Origin: Candidatus Nitrosopumilus koreensis AR1
Lineage (GTDB): Archaea; Thermoproteota; Nitrososphaeria; Nitrososphaerales; Nitrosopumilaceae
NCBI RefSeq assembly: GCF_000299365.1
Contig: NC_018655.1
Span: 210,001-242,000 of the forward strand
Direction of reading: 5' to 3'
Length of the DNA stretch: 32,000 nt
The translations under genes and the position numbers were made by a program. The stretch's first letter is position 1. Each line of letters starts with the position of its first letter. Positions 16,152 to 23,577 of the stretch are shown here, in pieces. The notes beneath the pieces are model-generated. The model saw nothing but the letters and a program-made list of their open reading frames with translations, ran no database searches and was not told where the DNA came from.

Positions 16152-17939
16152 TCAATTCTTGTAATAGAAATTACCCGAAGATTTTTGGTCTTTGTCCAAC
16201 CTACTCTCAAGTTTATTTACTCTGGGTCTGAGACTTTTTTCATCACGTCTAAATGACATATCAAGTGATTTGAGAAATCTATTCATTGCATCTGCTTTTG
16301 GCATTGGAGATGTAGCTATACCTGCAACACCTGATTCTCCTTCAAAAATTACCATGGAATCTGAAATCAAATCCATTAACTGTAAATCATGATCAATTAC
16401 TATTGCCGATTTTCCAAACGAGCGAACAAATTTCTGTAAGAATTTTGCAACTGCTATTCTATCTTCTACATCTAAAAATGCTGAAGGCTCATCAAGTGCA
16501 TACAAATCTACTTTTTGCAATAAACATGATGCTACTGCAACTTTTTGTAATTCTCCTCCTGAAAGGTTCTTGACAGATTTATTGTATAATTTTTTTATCT
16601 TTAATGGATCAAGAATCTGTTCTTCTTCCATACTTCCTTCCACTTGACCTCCATTTGCCTTGTCTAACAGTGCTACTACTTCTACATCTATGTCGTTTTG
16701 AAGATATTGTGGTTTGTAAGCTATTTTGATTTTTTTATCAATACTACCTGAATCTGGTTTTTCAACACCTGCAATCATCTTCATCATGGTTGTTTTTCCT
16801 AAGGCATTGGCACCCATTATGCCTAAGACTTCGCCTTTTCTAACCTGTCCAGGCTCAATTGTTACTGAAAATGTTGGATATTTTTTCTCTAGTTTCGGAT
16901 ATATGACAACCTCGCTTCCCTCCTGAAATTCATCTGTAGAAGACGAAGACACATCGAAAGAAAATTTCTTATCTCTAAATCTAACATTTTCATTTGGTAG
17001 ATAGCCGTCAAGAAATACATTGATTCCTACTTTGGTTGATAAAATATTTGAAACAATTCCGTATGCAGTTGGTTCACCGTATAATACTTCGATATAATCA
17101 CTAAGAAAATCTAGTAATGTAAGGTCATGTTCTACTACCATCACACTTTTTCCAATCTTAGCTAAACTCTGAATCACACGTGCTACTCCTGTTCTTTGAA
17201 AAACATCATTGTATGATGAAGGTTCATCAAAAAAGTAGAATTCTGTATCTTTTGATGCAGCAGCTGCTACTGCAATTCGTTGTAATTCTCCACCGCTTAA
17301 TTCCTTTAGATTTTGCTCCATAGAATTTTCTAATCCTAACTCTTTGATTAATTCTCTAGAAACACCACGTTCATCGTATTTTTCAATTAATTCATTTCCT
17401 GTTCCGTCAAATGCCTGTGCAATATGATGAACTTGTTGTGGTTTTATTGATGCACGAATTTGATTCTGTTTGATTTTTTCAAAATGTTGTTTAAGTTCAG
17501 TTCCGCTGTAGTATTTTAGAATCTCATCCCAATCAGGTGGATTTTCATATCTTCCTAGATTTGGTTTTAAGTTTCCTGATAAAATATTGACAACTGTGCT
17601 TTTCCCCATACCATTTCTTCCTAATAGTCCTACTACCTCTCCTTTCTTTGGGGTTGGTAATTTGAAGAGTCTAAATGAGTTAGGACCGTATTGATGAATT
17701 TTGTCAGTCGCTAACTCACTTGCTAAATTTACAATTGTTATTGCATCAAATGGACATACTTTAACACATATCCCACAACCATTACAAATATCCTCATCTA
17801 TCTGGGCTTTTTTTGATTCTTCATTTAGAACAATACAATCTGCACCCGATTTGTTTACTGGGCAATATTTTATGCACTCCAGACCGCATTTTTTAGGCTG
17901 ACAAAGCTCGTGATCTAGAACACCTACTCTATGTGTCAT
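16152..17939 (-). CDS. ABCE1 / RNase L inhibitor homologue (ribosome recycling ATPase)
   Basis: An N-terminal 2x[4Fe-4S] domain (CQPKKCGLECIKYCP; CNGCGICVKVCP) is followed by two ABC cassettes. Walker A motifs are GRNGMGKST and GANALGKTT; the signature motifs are LSGGELQR and LSGGELQK. Confidence 0.95.
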   Translation of the reverse strand: MTHRVGVLDHELCQPKKCGLECIKYCPVNKSGADCIVLNEESKKAQIDEDICNGCGICVKVCPFDAITIVNLASELATDKIHQYGPNSFRLFKLPTPKKGEVVGLLGRNGMGKSTVVNILSGNLKPNLGRYENPPDWDEILKYYSGTELKQHFEKIKQNQIRASIKPQQVHHIAQAFDGTGNELIEKYDERGVSRELIKELGLENSMEQNLKELSGGELQRIAVAAAASKDTEFYFFDEPSSYNDVFQRTGVARVIQSLAKIGKSVMVVEHDLTLLDFLSDYIEVLYGEPTAYGIVSNILSTKVGINVFLDGYLPNENVRFRDKKFSFDVSSSSTDEFQEGSEVVIYPKLEKKYPTFSVTIEPGQVRKGEVLGIMGANALGKTTMMKMIAGVEKPDSGSIDKKIKIAYKPQYLQNDIDVEVVALLDKANGGQVEGSMEEEQILDPLKIKKLYNKSVKNLSGGELQKVAVASCLLQKVDLYALDEPSAFLDVEDRIAVAKFLQKFVRSFGKSAIVIDHDLQLMDLISDSMVIFEGESGVAGIATSPMPKADAMNRFLKSLDMSFRRDEKSLRPRVNKLESRLDKDQKSSGNFYYKN

Positions 17940-17962
17940 GTCGTAATCGGGTATTTTCTTTG

Positions 17963-17969
17963 TTTTATA
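17963..17969 (-). promoter_or_regulatory. TATAAAA box for ABCE1 (leaderless-type spacing)
   Basis: The minus strand reads GGTATAAAAC, and 23 nt separate the box from the ABCE1 ATG at 17939. Confidence 0.35.
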
Positions 17970-18002
17970 CCTATTTTGAATATGTTTGATGATGGCGTTA
18001 CG

Positions 18003-18010
18003 TTAATAGA
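18003..18010 (+). promoter_or_regulatory. TATA-like box (TTAATAGA) for the 5S rRNA gene
   Basis: It lies about 25 nt upstream of the predicted 5S 5' end at 18035. Confidence 0.3.
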
Positions 18011-18034
18011 TGAGAATCTGATATCAATTTTCAA

Positions 18035-18147
18035 GCCGGCCATAGCGTTAGGGTGCGACCCAATCCCTTTCCGAACTTGGAAGTCAAACCTGACGTCGCT
18101 GTTGTGCTACTAAGATGCGAGAGCCCTTGGGAAGCAACAGTGCTGGC
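18035..18147 (+). rRNA. 5S ribosomal RNA, stand-alone gene; ends approximate to within a few nt
   Basis: GCCGGCCATAGCG...CCCAATCCCTTTCCGAACTTGGAAGTCAAAC...GGGAAGCAACAGTGCTGGC has the conserved CCGAAC..GGAAGT loop C/helix III region, and the terminal helix GCCGGC/GCTGGC. T-runs follow (CATTTTCTAATTTT). Confidence 0.85.
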
Positions 18148-18206
18148 ATTTTCTAATTTTCAATCAATCTTTTAATATCCAATTAACTTGATTAATGTGA
18201 TTTCAA

Positions 18207-18335
18207 ATGCCTAATTGTAGTGTCTGTGGAGAAGACTGTGATAATGACATTAGACTGTTAAACCATATGATGGAAAAGCATGGCTGGAGAAATCCAAATG
18301 TTGGAACTCCTGATAGAAATAGTAGAGGTTATTGA
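18207..18335 (+). CDS. 42-aa mini zinc-finger protein with classical C2H2 spacing (not in the ORF track)
   Basis: MPNCSVCGEDCDNDIRLLNHMMEKHGWRNPNVGTPDRNSRGY gives C4-x2-C7-x12-H20-x4-H25. The start is ATG and the stop is TGA. A TTTTAATAT box at 18170-78 ends 28 nt upstream of the ATG. Confidence 0.5.
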   Translation: MPNCSVCGEDCDNDIRLLNHMMEKHGWRNPNVGTPDRNSRGY

Positions 18336-18336
18336 T

Positions 18337-19803
18337 TTACAATTTTTGTAAATAATCTAAAATCAATCTTACTCCAAAGCCTGTTGCTCCTTTTGGATTG
18401 TAAGATTTTTCTTTTGTAGCTGTCTGTGTCCAAGCAACCCCTGCAATATCCAAATGTGTCCATGGTGTGTTTTCAATAGCATTTCTTAAGAATGCGGCAG
18501 CAGTTATTGTTCCAGCTGCCCTGCCTATGCCAATATTTTTCATGTCGGCCACATCTGATTTTATCATATCCATGAACTCTTGATTTAATGGAAGCTCCCA
18601 AATTTGCTCCGTAGTATTTTTTGATGACTCAAAAATCTTCTTTGAGAGTTTTTCATTGTTTGAAACCATTCCTGCTACGTTAGTACCTAATGCTATAATA
18701 CATGCTCCAGTCAAAGTTGCAAAGTCGATTATTGCTTTAGGCGAATAATGTTTTTCACCATATGCTAGCGCATCAGCTAAAATCAGTCTTCCTTCAGCAT
18801 CTGTGTTGAGAATTTCAGCTGTTTTTCCATTGTATAGTTTTATGATGTCTCCTGGTCTGTATGATTCTCCGCCTGGCATATTTTCGACAGATGGAATAAT
18901 TCCAATTACATTAATTGGTAATTTTAATTCCGAAACTGCTTTCATAATTCCTAAAACTGTACAGCCACCACACTTGTCAAATTTCATTTCATCCATGTTT
19001 GCACCTGGTTTTAATGAAATTCCTCCTGTGTCAAATGTTACTGCCTTACCAACAAGTACAATCGGTTTTTCATTTCTTGAACCTTTGTTGTGTTCTAGAA
19101 TAATTAATTTGGGTTCATTTTTACTTCCTTGCCCAACGGCTGAAATTCCACCAAAACCTTTCTTTTTTAATTCTGGTTTTGAGATAATTTTACATTTCAT
19201 TTTATTTTTTGCAATTGTTTTTGCAAAATTTGCTAACGTTGATGGTGTACACTCATTTGGAGGCAAATTGGCAATACTCTTTGTAAATATTGCACCTTCT
19301 GCAACAATTTCTGCTGTTTTTATTGCTTGTAAAACATTCTTTGATTTTGAAACAATTATTGTTAAATCTGGAGACTTTTCTTCTTTTTCAGCCTTAAATT
19401 TTTCAAATTTGTAAAGCGCCATCTTTACTCCTTCAACAATTTGTGATGCTGCTGAAATTTGATTAATTACAAAAGTAGGAGGGGTAATTATTGAAAACTC
19501 TTTTAATTTTAATTCTCGTGCTTTTTGAGCAATTTTACCTGAAATTTGCCTAAATGTGTCATTTGTAACATCTTCTTTTTTACCAATACCTGCAATTAAG
19601 ATTCTTTGAAATTGTTTTTTTCCTGTAATTGGAATAATTGTAATTTTACCCAATTTTCCTTCAATGTCGTTGAGTGATTGATTTATAGCTGATGTGGTTT
19701 TTGCATCCAGTTTTGGTAAACCTAAAACTTTACCTGATTTCTCTAAGGCAAATCCACAAAGAAGTTGTGTTTTTTTTGGAGAATTTTCTACTCTTATCTT
19801 CAC
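18337..19803 (-). CDS. pepA: leucyl aminopeptidase, M17 family
   Basis: VGKAVTFDTGGISLKP and the M17 signature NTDAEGRLILADAL are present. The only start after the upstream in-frame stop is GTG at 19803. Confidence 0.9.
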   Translation of the reverse strand: MKIRVENSPKKTQLLCGFALEKSGKVLGLPKLDAKTTSAINQSLNDIEGKLGKITIIPITGKKQFQRILIAGIGKKEDVTNDTFRQISGKIAQKARELKLKEFSIITPPTFVINQISAASQIVEGVKMALYKFEKFKAEKEEKSPDLTIIVSKSKNVLQAIKTAEIVAEGAIFTKSIANLPPNECTPSTLANFAKTIAKNKMKCKIISKPELKKKGFGGISAVGQGSKNEPKLIILEHNKGSRNEKPIVLVGKAVTFDTGGISLKPGANMDEMKFDKCGGCTVLGIMKAVSELKLPINVIGIIPSVENMPGGESYRPGDIIKLYNGKTAEILNTDAEGRLILADALAYGEKHYSPKAIIDFATLTGACIIALGTNVAGMVSNNEKLSKKIFESSKNTTEQIWELPLNQEFMDMIKSDVADMKNIGIGRAAGTITAAAFLRNAIENTPWTHLDIAGVAWTQTATKEKSYNPKGATGFGVRLILDYLQKL

Positions 19804-19826
19804 GGTGATTCTTAATTTTTAGAGTC

Positions 19827-19988
19827 TTATTTAGATTTATGACTCTCTTGACTACATTCTCTAAGCATTTCATTGATCACTGATGAAAAACTTACAGTCG
19901 AAGATGTCTCTTTAATTTTTTTTGCTTGAATATTTCTAATTTTTTTGGCAACATCATCATCAATCATTATTGTTTTACGTTCTGACAT
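19827..19988 (-). CDS. 53-aa ribbon-helix-helix (CopG/Arc-like) putative DNA-binding protein (not in the ORF track)
   Basis: MSERKTIMIDDDVAKKIRNIQAKKIKETSSTVSFSSVINEMLRECSQESHKSK has an RHH-like beta-strand (KTIMIDDDV) followed by two helices. A TTTTTAA element lies about 27 nt upstream of the ATG. Confidence 0.55.
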   Translation of the reverse strand: MSERKTIMIDDDVAKKIRNIQAKKIKETSSTVSFSSVINEMLRECSQESHKSK

Positions 19989-20032
19989 GAAAAATTCCGT
20001 AGTTATTCTGGTTAAAAATCTATTTTTGGTAA

Positions 20033-20429
20033 TTATTTATGAACTTCATCATAGTTTTTGATGATTCTACTATTGGAAATTAAACTTGATGATCTAACAA
20101 ATACTGCTTTAACCGTTTTACAATCTTGTGAACATTGTTCATTAATTTCATCTACAGAAAATTTTCTCACTCTATTTGAAAAAATTGTTTTTATCATTGG
20201 TAGTAATGCAGATCTACCACCATATGCTGCTTTTTCATCGATAAACCAAAACATGTCTAATGCAGATTCATCTAAAAATTTATCTCGTATTTTCTCACCT
20301 TCATTGGTGTAGTGTCCTACCATCTTGATTTTCCCTCTGGCAAAAAAAATTCACAAATTTTGCAAATCTTACGCATAAATAACACTGATTATCAAAAACT
20401 ACAATTGGAAAATCCTCCTTGATATTCAT
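20033..20429 (-). pseudogene. DCC-family (DUF393) thiol-disulfide oxidoreductase interrupted by a 1-nt frameshift in an A8/T8 run (20342..20349); either a true pseudogene or a homopolymer sequencing error
   Basis: The ATG at 20429 opens MNIKEDFPIVVFDNQCYLCVRFAKFVNFF, which carries the family's DxxCxxC motif. After the T8 run the sequence continues in the frame of the 96-aa track ORF as ARGKIKMVGHYTNEGEKIRDKF.... Removing one T restores a ~131-aa protein of normal family size. Confidence 0.7.
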
Positions 20430-20469
20430 ATTATGATTACTCTGAAATTATCTAAAAATTTTGCCAATT

Positions 20470-20781
20470 TTACACAGTGGTATTTTGCTTGTGGTTTGGG
20501 AAGCATTCTCTGCAATAAACAGGTCTGTCTTCTTTTGGTTTGAATGGTACTTGGCATTCATTTCCACAATCACCGCATGTTGCCGTGTGCATTTCTCTTT
20601 GTCTGTTGAATCTTGTTCTGCCTCCAAATCTGTCTCCACTGCGTCTTTCTGGTCTGTGGTTTGGGAAGCATTCTCTGCAATAAACAGGTCTGTCTTCTTT
20701 TGGTTTGAATGGTACTTGGCATTCATTTCCACAATCACCGCATGTTGCCGTGTGCATTTCTCTTCTCTCTTCAAATGACAT
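20470..20781 (-). CDS. tandem CxxC-x17-CxxC zinc-ribbon protein (two identical 36-aa repeats joined by an Arg/Gly-rich linker)
   Basis: MSFEERR-[REMHTATCGDCGNECQVPFKPKEDRPVYCRECFPNH]-RPERRSGDRFGGRTRFNRQ-[same 36 aa]-KQNTTV. The FKPxxDRPVYCxxC pattern matches the CxxC-x17-CxxC domain family. I chose the start at ATG 20781 because the track start at 20949 crosses the divergent tkt promoter and the tkt ATG. Confidence 0.75.
   Translation of the reverse strand: MSFEERREMHTATCGDCGNECQVPFKPKEDRPVYCRECFPNHRPERRSGDRFGGRTRFNRQREMHTATCGDCGNECQVPFKPKEDRPVYCRECFPNHKQNTTV
20490..20764. repeat. 110-bp perfect direct repeat (20490..20599 and 20655..20764; period 165 bp) inside the zinc-ribbon gene
   Basis: Base-by-base comparison of the two copies shows identity over 110 nt with mismatches immediately outside both ends. 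Confidence 0.95.
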
Positions 20782-20938
20782 GTCTATCAAAAATTTGATA
20801 AATTCTGCTGTAATTAAACTATTGTAAACTCTAGATTTTTCTAAATGATATTCTGTTTTGATATTCTTTGATCTTTTACAATTTTTTCCGTGTTTGTTTA
20901 AGTAGATTTTTATTAAATTTACAGTAAAAACGATCGAT

Positions 20939-22606
20939 ATGGGGCTCAATTATTGTCAAATTAAGAAAAATATTCTAAGGGCCCGAAAATTAGTAATCAA
21001 AGCCACAAACACTGCTGGTTCTGGTCATCCTGGTGGTTCATTTTCCATGGCAGAAATTTTAGGTTGTTTATTTGGTAAATATTTGAAATTTGATCCTAAA
21101 AACCCACAATGGGAAGATCGAGATCGTTTAGTATTATCAAAAGGTCATGCATCTCCTGGCCTATTTTCTAACATGGCTGTTGCAGGATATTTCCCAGACT
21201 CAGAACTTGAAACTCTGAGAAAATTTGGGAGTAGATTACAAGGTCATCCTGATTTGAAATGTCCCGGTGTTGAATTTTGTGGAGGTTCTTTAGGTACTGG
21301 CCTGTCATATTCTGTAGGAATTGCACTAGCAGGAAAAATTGATTCTAAAGATTATCATGTCTATACGATTATTGGTGATGGAGAATCTGATGAAGGACAA
21401 GTTTGGGAAGCTGCAATGACTGCATCAAAATACAAAGTTGATAATCTTACTGCTTTTCTTGACCGAAATTTCATTCAACAAGATTCCTATACTGAAAAAA
21501 TTATGCCCCTTGATAAAAAATTAGAAAGTGATGATATTTCTGAAATGTGGAAAGATGCTTCTAGATGGAAGACTGGTGACAAATGGAGATCGTTTGGATG
21601 GAACGTAATTGAAATTGATGGACATAGGATAGAACAAATTGATTCAGCCATTAAAAAAGCAAATGCAACAAAAGGTGTACCTACAATAATTATCTCAAGA
21701 ACAATTAAAGGAAAATCTGTAGAGCACATGGAAGATAACCCTGCATGGCATGGTAAAGCCCCTGATTCTGATGTTGTGCCAATTATCAATCTTGAACTAG
21801 ATTCTCAATTTATGATTGCCCCATCAATTATTGCCGGCGATATGACTAATCTTGAAAATGAAATTAAACGATGTGTTGCAGGAAGAGCTGATTATATTCA
21901 TCTAGATGTGATGGATGGGCAATTTGTTCCAAACAAAACTTTTGATCATACTAAAATCAAAGAATTACGATCACTTACTGTAATCCCATTTGATTCTCAT
22001 TTGATGATTAATGAACCCGTAAAACATGTCAGAGATTACATTGATGCTGGTAGTGATATCATAACTGTACACGCAGAAGTGACTGATGAATCCAGTTTTG
22101 GAGAAATTCATGATTTATTAAAACAAAATCAAGTAGGTGTTGGATTTGCAATAAATCCTGATACTGATTTACCTGAATGGTCTTACAAATTTTTACCTTC
22201 ACTTGATCAGCTTATTGTAATGTCTGTAGTACCTGGAAAATCTGGACAAAAATACATTGAAGAAACACATGCAAAAATGGCTAGATTGAATTCAATACTA
22301 AAAGAACATAATTTTTCAGGATATATTGAGGCTGATGGAGGAGTGAATCTTGAAAATATTGGCTCAGTTTTTGCAGATGGTGCTCGTGCTTTTGTAGGTG
22401 GCGGTGCTATTGTTGGACAACAAGATGTACGTGCTGCAATTCGAGATTTTAGAAATGAGGTCTTAAAATCAAGAAGAGGAATTTTACTTGATAAAGCCAA
22501 TGAACTAGGTGGTGTTGAATTAGTAAACAAATGGATTGGACTTCATATTGTAGGGGAAAAACAGGACCAAATTAAAAAAATTGCAGAGGAGAAAGGATAC
22601 ATTTGA
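20939..22606 (+). CDS. fusion protein: transketolase N-terminal (TPP-binding) subunit plus ribulose-phosphate 3-epimerase
   Basis: Residues 1 to ~280 carry GSGHPGGS, GHASPG, GSLGTGLS and GDGESDEGQVWEA (split transketolase N-subunit). From ~290, IAPSIIAGD...ADYIHLDVMDGQFVPNKTF...DSHLM...ITVHAE is a complete Rpe barrel. It is a single uninterrupted 555-aa ORF. Confidence 0.9.
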   Translation: MGLNYCQIKKNILRARKLVIKATNTAGSGHPGGSFSMAEILGCLFGKYLKFDPKNPQWEDRDRLVLSKGHASPGLFSNMAVAGYFPDSELETLRKFGSRLQGHPDLKCPGVEFCGGSLGTGLSYSVGIALAGKIDSKDYHVYTIIGDGESDEGQVWEAAMTASKYKVDNLTAFLDRNFIQQDSYTEKIMPLDKKLESDDISEMWKDASRWKTGDKWRSFGWNVIEIDGHRIEQIDSAIKKANATKGVPTIIISRTIKGKSVEHMEDNPAWHGKAPDSDVVPIINLELDSQFMIAPSIIAGDMTNLENEIKRCVAGRADYIHLDVMDGQFVPNKTFDHTKIKELRSLTVIPFDSHLMINEPVKHVRDYIDAGSDIITVHAEVTDESSFGEIHDLLKQNQVGVGFAINPDTDLPEWSYKFLPSLDQLIVMSVVPGKSGQKYIEETHAKMARLNSILKEHNFSGYIEADGGVNLENIGSVFADGARAFVGGGAIVGQQDVRAAIRDFRNEVLKSRRGILLDKANELGGVELVNKWIGLHIVGEKQDQIKKIAEEKGYI

Positions 22607-22617
22607 ATGAACCAGTA

Positions 22618-23577
22618 ATGACTGACATGCGTTCCGAATATTCAAAGTCTTTAATCCAAATCGGAAAAGAAAATCCAAATGTTGTTGTGTTGGGAGCTGA
22701 TACAACTGATTCATTAAAAACCTCGGAATTTGGAAAAGAATTTCCAAATAGGTTTTTCAATGTTGGAATTGCAGAAGCAAACCTTGTAACAACTTCTGCT
22801 GGATTGGCAGTATCTGGCAAAATACCTTTTGCAAGTACTTATGCTATATTTTTACCCGGAAGAGCAGTTGATCAAATTAGAAATAATGTAGCTTATCCTT
22901 CTCCACCTGGAAAAAAAGGCCTTAATGTAAAATTTGTTGTTTCACATGGTGGTTTGTCTGTTGGACCCGATGGAGGCTCGCATCAACAAATTGAAGATAT
23001 AGGAATTATGAGAGTCATTCCAAATTTCCGAGTTTTTATTCCTGCAGATACAATTGCAGTTTCTAAACTAACATTTTTGATGGCCAATGAATATGGACCG
23101 TTTTACATGCGAATGGCAAGATCAAAAACCCCTGTAGTTCATTCTGAATCTCAGAACTTTGAAACTGGAAAAGGGATAACTCTTAGGGATGGTTCTGATT
23201 GCACAATTGCTGCATGTGGTATAACTGTACGAATGGCTTTAGAAGCTGCTGAAACACTTCAACAAGAAGGAATTTCCTGTAGGGTTTTAGATATGTTTTC
23301 AATAAAACCAATCGATAATGAAATTTTAGAAAAAGCTGCTCGTGAAACTGGATGTATTGTCACAGCTGAAGAACACAATATTATGGCAGGAATGGGTTCT
23401 GCTGTAGCTGAATCTGTTTCTGAATCTTACCCTGTACCTATCAAAAGAATTGGGGCTCAAGATATGTTTGGAGAATCTGCTAGAGACCCGGAAATCCCTC
23501 TACTCTTAGAAAAGCATGGAATAACATCTTTTAATATGGTAAAACAAGTCAAAGAAATTAGGAGTAAAAAACTATGA
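22618..23577 (+). CDS. transketolase C-terminal (pyrimidine-binding) subunit
   Basis: LGADTTDSLKT...FPNRFFNVGIAEANLV...SHGGLSVGPDGGSHQ is typical of this subunit. The ATG at 22618 is preferred; the track start at 22603 is TTG, and another ATG lies at 22627. Confidence 0.9.
   Translation: MTDMRSEYSKSLIQIGKENPNVVVLGADTTDSLKTSEFGKEFPNRFFNVGIAEANLVTTSAGLAVSGKIPFASTYAIFLPGRAVDQIRNNVAYPSPPGKKGLNVKFVVSHGGLSVGPDGGSHQQIEDIGIMRVIPNFRVFIPADTIAVSKLTFLMANEYGPFYMRMARSKTPVVHSESQNFETGKGITLRDGSDCTIAACGITVRMALEAAETLQQEGISCRVLDMFSIKPIDNEILEKAARETGCIVTAEEHNIMAGMGSAVAESVSESYPVPIKRIGAQDMFGESARDPEIPLLLEKHGITSFNMVKQVKEIRSKKL

Noticed and set aside
17987-18021. UGAUGA ... CUGA boxes upstream of the 5S rRNA, a possible C/D sRNA or K-turn leader
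   Set aside because: Only one box pair is present and they are 25 nt apart. There is no D'/C' pair at guide spacing and no terminal stem. The region is better explained as the divergent ABCE1/5S promoter spacer.
17931-18113. 60-aa ORF on the plus strand
   Set aside because: It runs through the ABCE1/5S promoter spacer and most of the 5S rRNA gene, so it is a chance ORF.
18803-19414. 203-aa ORF antisense to pepA, with similar long antisense ORFs at 2364..2822, 22207..22530, 21487..21789, 30889..31302 and 27480..27749
   Set aside because: These are shadow ORFs lying entirely inside well-supported conserved genes on the other strand. Their translations are low-complexity (Phe/Ser/Ile/Pro-rich) with no recognisable motifs.
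19827-20323. Idea that the 96-aa ORF plus the RHH gene form a reverse-order toxin-antitoxin pair
   Set aside because: The 96-aa ORF turned out to be the C-terminal part of a frameshifted DCC/DUF393 oxidoreductase, not a toxin-like protein, and there is no other TA signature.
20786-20799. 14-bp palindrome ATCAAAAATTTGAT 5 nt upstream of the zinc-ribbon ATG, a possible operator
   Set aside because: Short A/T palindromes are expected by chance at this base composition, and I found no second copy or partner site.
20782-20949. N-terminal 56-aa extension of the zinc-ribbon ORF (track start 20949)
   Set aside because: The extension is AT-rich and low in information. It spans the divergent promoter region and overlaps the tkt ATG. 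The internal ATG at 20781 gives a protein that begins right at the repeat architecture.
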